This document shows positions 56,125 to 64,000 of a stretch of DNA of 64,000 nt, piece after piece; the first letter of the stretch is position 1, and each line of letters begins with the position of its first letter. The notes under the pieces are model-generated. The model did no database searches, was not told the DNA's origin, and worked only from the letters and a program-made list of their open reading frames with translations. This DNA is from the human T2T-CHM13v2.0 reference genome, Homo sapiens: assembly GCF_009914755.1 (NCBI RefSeq), contig NC_060930.1. One strand, given 5' to 3'. The position numbers were made by a program, and so were the translations under genes.

Positions 56125-56170
56125 TTAGCTTGGTGCAAAAGTAATTGAGGTTTTTGCCATTACTTTTAAT
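56125..56170. mobile_element. Half MADE1 (single Hsmar1 TIR)
   Basis: ttagcttggtgcaaaagtaattgaggtttttgccattacttttaat; the second arm is absent. Confidence 0.9.
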
Positions 56171-57139
56171 AAGACAGATGTAGAAGATAAGTTTCAAACC
56201 AAAGTCAGACAGGTAGCTGCAAATACATCAAAATGAAAATTCAACAAAGAAAGGAATTGTTGCTTATTTTATTATAATCTCATCCTCTTAGCCTAAAACA
56301 GTGCCTGGCACTTTGTAGTTGCTCAGTAAATAATTGTTAGATAAATGAATGAAGTTTCCCTCTATAAATTCCAGAAATATTTGAGAAAATTTTAAAGATA
56401 ATTTTTGTTATTATAAAGCAATGTTTTACTGTAAAAGTGAAGACTATATTGATATAAATATATAAGCATAGACACAAAATGATTAAAATTGATCATAATC
56501 CTACCACTCAAAGAAAGCCACTGCTATTATAACACACTGGTATATTTACTTTCAGTTCTCTTTCTTATGTATATTTTTAGACAGCTGAGATCAAACATTA
56601 CTTAAAATAGTTTATCTAGACTTCAATGTTCACTTAAAGTTTTAATATAATCCTTTCCCAATGTTATTGAAAATGAGAGTATTCATTATGTACTTTTTAA
56701 ATGTTATATTTAAACATTCCAAAAGGCCTGAAAACAATTTTTATTGACAAGCAGGTTTTATATAAGTTACTGGCAGTAGATTATTCTCTAGTCATTGATA
56801 TTGAATTTGTGATTTATAGGCTTAAAGGCAAAACTATACTACAGGAAACATTTCAACCATTAAGTATGCAGTTTTGAGACGAGACAGAATATTCCTTTAG
56901 TTCATTCATTTGTCCCTACACTCGACAAATATTTATTGTTGACTTAATCCAGACTAAGTACTGAGAATAGGATGAGCAAAACTACACAGCTGCTACCCCG
57001 TAGAGCTTATAATCTAGTCAAGGGAGACAGACATTAATCAAACAATCAATAAAGTAATTGAAAGTTGTAAATGTTAGGAATAAGAGGTATATGGTCATAT
57101 ACGTCACTATTCAATAAAAGGAGCTGTTCAAGACTAGGA

Positions 57140-57171
57140 TGTGTGTGTGTGTGTGTGTGCGTGCGTGTGTG
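57140..57171. repeat. (TG)n/(TGCG) microsatellite
   Basis: Direct reading. Confidence 0.9.
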
Positions 57172-59473
57172 CACAGCAGGGAATTGGGGGTAGGAGGTAG
57201 GTTGGGAATAATTTTGTCTAACATTTAAGAAGTACTTCATTCAATGCTAGTGAAGCCTTGTGTTGGAAACATATGGCTTCTCTCATTTTCTTATTTGATA
57301 ATCACAGCATCTTATGAGTAAGAATTATCTTCCTTCACCTTACAGATAAAGAAATTGGGGCTCAGAGATAAGTCAAATAACTTAAGATTATACAGCCAGT
57401 AAATAATGAACTGGGATGAAAACCCAAACAATAAGACAACAGAGCGCTTAAGTCATATGCCACATATCCCACTTCCCTGCATAACTGACAATTATACTAA
57501 GATATAAAGGATAAGCTGGTGTTAATAAAGCATGGTGTGGGGGAGGGGAAGAGAGAACATTCCATGCAGACTGAGAAACATGAGAAAGCCCCAAGACAGG
57601 AGAGGCTGCTATAAATTAAAGTGGGAACAACAGCAGTAACAAAGCCAGTGAACTAAGTAAGGACACAGAAAGTAATGGGAAATATGGAGATGAGACTGGG
57701 AGATGAGGCTGGGCCAGTGAAAGCCCTCATGGGCCACATGAAGGACTCTGGCATTCCTAAATGCAATGAGAAGGCATTAGACGCTTTCACTGCTTTTATC
57801 TGAAATTCAAACACTTAAGGGAAAGAAAATTCATAAAGGTTGGATCTCATGAAACAAGAACTAGAAGGACGAACACTCGCTCAGTTTTGAAAATATTTTC
57901 TAGGACCTATCATATCTGTATTAATAAGTATGCATACTTCAGGAATTTTAAAAGTGGTAGCTTTTGAATACCCTTTAAGATAAACCAAATGTAGACAAAT
58001 TTAACAGAGGCTTGGGTTTGCCTTCTGGGTCTGGGCAATTACCTTTACTTTGTGCAATTTTAGTAGTTTTCATCTTTATTTTGGAATTACTTCTTGCCCC
58101 AGTTTTTCCCTTGTCAATTTTTTAATATTTTTAATATTGTTGGCAAGACATTTCTTTTCGTTTTTTCTTAATTTTTTGGGGGGGGAGGGATCTGGGAAAA
58201 ATTCCCTGAACATACATCTAAGTAATTGTCAATTTAATTTTCTGCCGATTATTCATACCAATGATGAAAAACAAATTTACTTAAATATAGAAACTAAGAC
58301 TAACTCTGAAAGTTATGATGATGGAATAGAACTTAAATGTCATAGATCTTAAGAATATTAAAATAATAACTTGACTAACAAAAATACGAGGTAAGAGGAA
58401 GGAAAAAACAAGTTCATTAATTTTCTCAGTTTAACAGAAGAGAATGATACAGTCTAAAGGTGAAAAAATATTTTTATACTCGATTTTTTATAATCCTTAA
58501 AAAATACAGTAAAGAATTCCTTTAGAGCTCTATTGTGAAGAAATATTATTTTTGCCCTAAGTGGAATTACTGATAAAAAGATAAAATTATGTTACACCAA
58601 TTTACATGTCTATAAGCAGTGTATAAGAAAGCTCATTTTATAACATCCTGACCTACACGAGGATTATCTCCTGAAGGACAATCTACTAAGATAGTAGGCA
58701 CAAAAAAAATAATAGTCTCTCAAAAAATTTCTTCTGTCATTGTAAAGTTGAGCTTTTTGGCACACTTGTTCAAAATTTTTATTTACCACATCCATTTTTC
58801 TATTTTTGTCTTTTGCTTTTTCTTATGATTTTATGAGCTTCTTTGCACATTAAGAATATTAACTTTTTCATATATGATACAACTCATTTTTCCAACTTGT
58901 GGTTTATATTTTAAATTTAAGGTACTTTTTGATGTACTTAATTTTTATGCAATCAAAACTATCTTTTCCATTAAAGCTTTCTTCCCTTGCTTTTACGCTT
59001 TAAAAGATCTTCCCTAACTTAAGGTCAAATTAAATAGCAGCTCTATTTGTTAGTATGAGGTAGGTCCAAATTTTATACTTTTCTCCAAGAAGGTGAACAG
59101 TTGTTCCAGTATATTTATGGAACCAGCCTTTTGTCCAAAACATATGGATACATTTTTGAGGCATGACATCTGCTCACACAAGGTTCTAATCCTCACCTCT
59201 ACCTGCTAATAGCTGTGTGCTTCTCCTTCCTGAAGACAGAATCCTCTTTTAACCTGGTCCCTGGGTGAAAAGAGGAAAGGGAGGGTAGGATAACCCTGGT
59301 CCTTATCTCCGTTCAATTTATTTTTTGCATCTAACTCCCTTCACTTTCCTCTCCAATCCTTCTTGGGTCCCTAGTTTTTCAGACTCTACTTTCTTGTTTT
59401 CAAGTTGTGTGGTATTTTTCAGAAATGTAGTTTGGTATTAATTAATGAAAGAATATATAATAAACAGAATGGT

Positions 59474-59788
59474 GGCTGGGTGCAGTGGCTCATGCCTGTA
59501 ATCCCAGCCCTTTGAGGGGCTGAGGTGGGTGGATCACGAGGCCAGGAGTTCAAGATCAGCCCGGCCAAGATGGTGAAACCCTGTCTCTACTAAAAATACC
59601 AAAAAATTAGCCGGGTGTGGTGGCAGGCACCTGTAATCCCAGCTACTCGGGAGGCTGAGGCAGAGAACTGCTTGAACCTGGGAGGCGGAGGTTGCAGTGA
59701 GTGTAGATCATGCCACTGCACTCCAGCCTGGGCAACAGAGCGAGACTCCACCTCAAAAAAAAAAAAAAAAAAAAAGAAAGAAAGAAAA
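59474..59788 (+). mobile_element. AluS-like
   Basis: Dimer; TSD cagaatggt. Confidence 0.94.
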
Positions 59789-60217
59789 CCAGAATGGTTA
59801 TTTCAATCAACAATATGGTTCACAAAAGTCTAGTAACCATTACAAATAAAATTATCACTAAGTAAAATAGTGCCTAACAGAGATTATTTTTAAATTTCCA
59901 AAAATTGTGTAAGATCTGTACTCATTGTCCGTGATATATAGTAGTTACTCAATATGTTTGTGGTTGGGAAGAATTTTTCTTTTTGGATCTGAAAACTGGC
60001 ATTGGGTATAGTTTTAGATTTCAGAATTTTTACTGCCTAAATATTTTATGCAAACAAATGTAGAAGAATACAAAGGAGAAAGTAACCTAAAATTTCCTCA
60101 CAACAAACTACTTATGATTCACAATTTAAGCTATTTCTGTTAGCTAGCTAGGTGCCAGTGAGAACTTTATTTCTAAAACAACTAGAGAAACCACCACACT
60201 TTTAAAAGAGTAATTTT

Positions 60218-60646
<429 letters not shown>

Positions 60647-60834
60647 CTAACCCAAGTTCCATTTCCAACTTCCTTCTGCCTGTCTCTACTACAGAGGCTA
60701 TGAAAGTTAAACATTTGACTTCCCAGCCTCCCTTGAGAAGCTATGTTACACAGTTATCACCAATGAGATACAAACAGAAGTCTGCTAGCACTGTCTCTTT
60801 CCTTTCCTTCTCACTGTGTAGTACATATTTGTGA

Positions 60835-61390
60835 TGTGTAGGAGGCAGCTTACAAGATGGCTCCCAGTGATGCCTCCCTCCTGAAGGGACTACATCCTGT
60901 ATAGTCCCTTCCCATACTGTATCAGGGTTCTGTGACCACAGAATATGGCAGGAGTGATAGCTCACTTCCAAGATTAGGTTATAAAAGACATTGCAACTTC
61001 CATCTTGTTCTTATCTCCATCTGTCCTCTCCCTCCCCTGACACACACACTCTAGACCCTCCCCACTCTCCCAGATCATTTGCTCTGAGAGAAGTCCACTG
61101 CCATGCCTTGAACCCTGTAGAGAGATCCCTATGGTAAGGAACTGAATTCTCCTGCTGACAGTCATGTGAGTTAGTTTAGAAAGGAGATCTCCAGCTCAAA
61201 CAAGCCTTCAGAGGACTGCAGCTCCAGCTGGTATCTTGACTGCAACCTCATAAGGGACCCTGAGCCAGAACCTCCCAGCTAAGCCATTCCTGAATTTTCA
61301 ACCCTCAGAAACTATGTGAGATAATTAATATTTATTGTTTTAATCTGATATGTTTTAGGGTAATTTTGTTACACAACAATAGATGCCAGA
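60835..61390 (+). mobile_element. MLT1-type MaLR LTR, likely nested in an older MLT1
   Basis: aagatggctcccagtga... ccctgagccagaac..cccagctaagcc..tcctgaatt..accctcagaaact.tgtgagataat motifs. Confidence 0.75.
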
Positions 61391-62051
61391 AATATAGTGA
61401 TTGATACGTGAAGGTACAACAGACTTTTTACAACCTTGATACAAATCACATTCTAAGGATGGCAGAGGGCTTTTATTAATGTAGTTGAACATCACACCAG
61501 CTCTGGACTGCCTAATTAAGACTTCTTGTGGAGGCAGACCCCTATCTGTTTATACTACATAGTAGGGTTTTTTTGTTATTTGCAGCCAAACACATTCCAG
61601 ACTGACATACTCAACAATTCCCAAAATTCAATTACTGTTTCTAAAGAAAGGTTCCTCTTATTCAAGGATCTACCTCTGCTCAGAAGTTCATACTTCTCTT
61701 ATCTTCTGGAACCCAGTTGTTCATTTAATGATCCAGAAAAAATATTCAGGCTGTCCTGCAGGAACTCCTAGTATTTAAAGGCAGTGGCAAGGATTATCCC
61801 CTTCATTCAGCAAGCAATTACAATACTTTCAGTAGAATGCCTACTTCTTAAAACATGTCTCCCTTTGACATACTAAAAACTTCATTCAGCTACACCCCAA
61901 AACACAAAGAATTCAGAAATGTATTCTAAGCTGCTGGATCATATAATCCATAGGAAAATGAGTTTCTCTTGATGATAACCTGCTTTATCATATGAATTCC
62001 AGGAACATGTTTCAGCCCAAGAGAAGGAACTGGCTGTCTCTAGATGAGGTT

Positions 62052-62632
62052 CAATCATGTAACACATAATGATGTTTCAGTCAATGATGTACTGCATATA
62101 CAACAGGGTCCCCTAATATTGTACAGTAACTTTTTTTTTTTTACTATACCTTTCCTATGTTTAGATATATTAATTAATTAATTAATTAACTTTTTGAGGC
62201 AGGGCCTCGCTCTGTTGCCTAGGCTGGAGTGGAGTGGTACGATCACGGCTCACCGCAGCCTTGACCTCCTGAGTTCAAGTGATCCTCCCACCTCAGCCTC
62301 CCAAGTAGCTGGACCTACAGGCACACACCACCACACAGGACTAATTTTTGTATTTTTGTAGAGATGGGGTTTTACCATGTTGCCCAGGCTTAGATATATT
62401 TAGATATACAAATAATTACCATTGTGTTACAACTGCCAGTGTGTACTCAGTATAGTAACATGCTATACAGGTTTGTAGCCTAGGAACACTAGGTTATACC
62501 ATATAGCCTACGTGTGCAGTAGGCTATACCATCTAGGTTTGTGTAAGTACACTCTGTGATGTTTGCCCAAGGACAAAATTGCCTGATGACATTTCTCAGA
62601 ACATATGTCCATCATTAGGTGATGCGTGACTG
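62052..62632 (+). mobile_element. Tigger3a-like DNA transposon containing a truncated minus-strand AluJ (about 62172-62389, TSD ttagatatatt)
   Basis: caatcatg... to ...gcgtgactg|ta; internal aggctataccatctaggtttgtgtaagtacactct. Confidence 0.85.
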
Positions 62633-63602
62633 TACAGATCCCACATTGTCCTCCTAACTGCTTATCTCTCTCTAGATGCCAAAAGATGCCAAACATTGTA
62701 ACACGTAACAGAAGGAAAGTTTCATTTGGCACAGAAGTAAAAGTAATTCAGATCTAGTGACCTTCTTTTGTTTTTTCTTTCCAAGTGTACAATTGCTGAG
62801 AGATAGAAGCAATGCAGCCCCAGAAGAGGAAGAAAAATGACAGGAAATCCCGATCCACACTTGACCAAAATCATCAAACAATCTAGGCAACTGGTTTTCA
62901 CTCGTATGATAGTTTTTTAAGTTGTCAGCAATTCTTGGCAAATACAAGAATAGAAAATAACTTCAGTAAAACTCTGAGCTAAAAGGCTTAATATTCTCAT
63001 AGGTGTCTTGCCCTTATAAAGGGTGGGTGGGTAGGGGGGTACCTAAAGAAAGGAAATTTAGTCAGAGAATAAACCTTCTGCTGTAAGAGAAAACATAATC
63101 CAAAATATCAAGTATACTATATTTGAGGAAACACCAAATTTAAAACGAAGTTTTTCAAAATTTATGTAACTCCATATATATCACTTCATACACACACACA
63201 CACACACACATAATTTACAGATAACTTCTTAACATTTAACCAACCTGAGGAAGCTATTTCTTAAAATTTAATTTTAAGAGAAATTCATTTTAACTTTGAG
63301 ATGTAAAAAACAGTCTAAGATCTTTGAAGCTAGCCAGAGTACATTCCTGGATTCTAATAGTACTGCTTAATCATAGCCAAGCAGACACAAAATGGTGTTT
63401 CATAAAAGTGTGATAGTTGCTACTGCAACGATCAGTAGGTGTGCTTTTAATGTTTATTCAGTTGCATATTTTCAGAACTAACATGACATGGATTGCTAAA
63501 GCCTGGAACAGCTCCTTGATTTCGAAACATGGTCACTTCCATAATGGCTATATATAAAAAAGCAGAATAAGAGGGCAAAATTTTGTTTGTATTTTTATTT
63601 TT

Positions 63603-63707
63603 AAAATATGGAACGCTTTACAAATTTGCATGTCATTCTTGTGCAGGGGCATGCTAATTTTCTCTGTATCATTCCAACTTTGGCATATGTGCTGCTGAAG
63701 CAAGCAC
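63603..63707 (-). pseudogene. Full-length U6 snRNA retrocopy
   Basis: Reverse complement reads gtgcttgcttcagcagcacatatgccaaagttggaatgatacagagaaaattagcatgcccctgcacaagaatgacatgcaaatttgtaaagcgttccatatttt; decayed A tail at 63581-63602; degenerate TSD ..gggcaaaattt at about 63569-63583 and 63708-63723; CpGs decayed. Confidence 0.95.
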
Positions 63708-64000
63708 AAGGCGGGCAAAATTTGAAATGCTAGTTCCCATCCCACAGAGACCCACACAGTACTCCTTACATCATACTTAGAGAAGGTGTCATATTCATGC
63801 ATATTTTTGCTTTTGATCTGTGAAATTAATTTAGGGATAAATTCAGTTCTACTTTTTATTTTTCCTTTGCTGCCCCTACCGGCCCTTCCAATAACTTACA
63901 ATAACATATTGTTTTAAAAAGTTACTTATGATAATATTCCCGAGACTTTTCTGCAATTTGACGATTTCTTCCACTCACAGGAAGACAGGCCTAGACTATA

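Noticed and set aside
63603-63707. Functional U6 gene
   Set aside because: Multiple substitutions, A tail and TSD, no recognisable PSE/TATA upstream: a retrocopy.

Overview
Human-type (primate) genomic DNA containing part of the sestrin-1 gene (SESN1/PA26) on the minus strand. Identifiable parts are the CpG-island promoter and first coding exon of the shorter T2-type isoform (ATG at 12880), a p53 response element at 12438-12457, and four downstream coding exons (5698-5763, 4708-4908, 3911-4093, 1933-2175). All intron phases are 0, and the spliced frame encodes the N-terminal AhpD-like domain with C130/Y132/H137. The gene continues beyond the left edge. From prior knowledge of the gene, about 13-64 kb is the long first intron of the T1 isoform, whose exon 1 is outside the window. 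That region is mostly interspersed repeats: more than 20 Alu/FLAM copies, L1 and L2 relics, Tigger/MER/MADE1 DNA-transposon relics, MaLR LTRs, a full-length SVA (E-like) with 19-bp TSDs, a 69-nt U3 pseudogene and a U6 retrocopy. Nearly all ORFs in the supplied track outside the SESN1 exons are repeat-derived artefacts. I found no convincing new multi-gene system. The most unexplained signal is a perfect 21-bp inverted repeat (54009-54029 / 56191-56211) in apparently non-repeat DNA that encloses a candidate 178-nt poison exon. Repeat subfamily calls come from memory of consensus sequences, and their boundaries are approximate.
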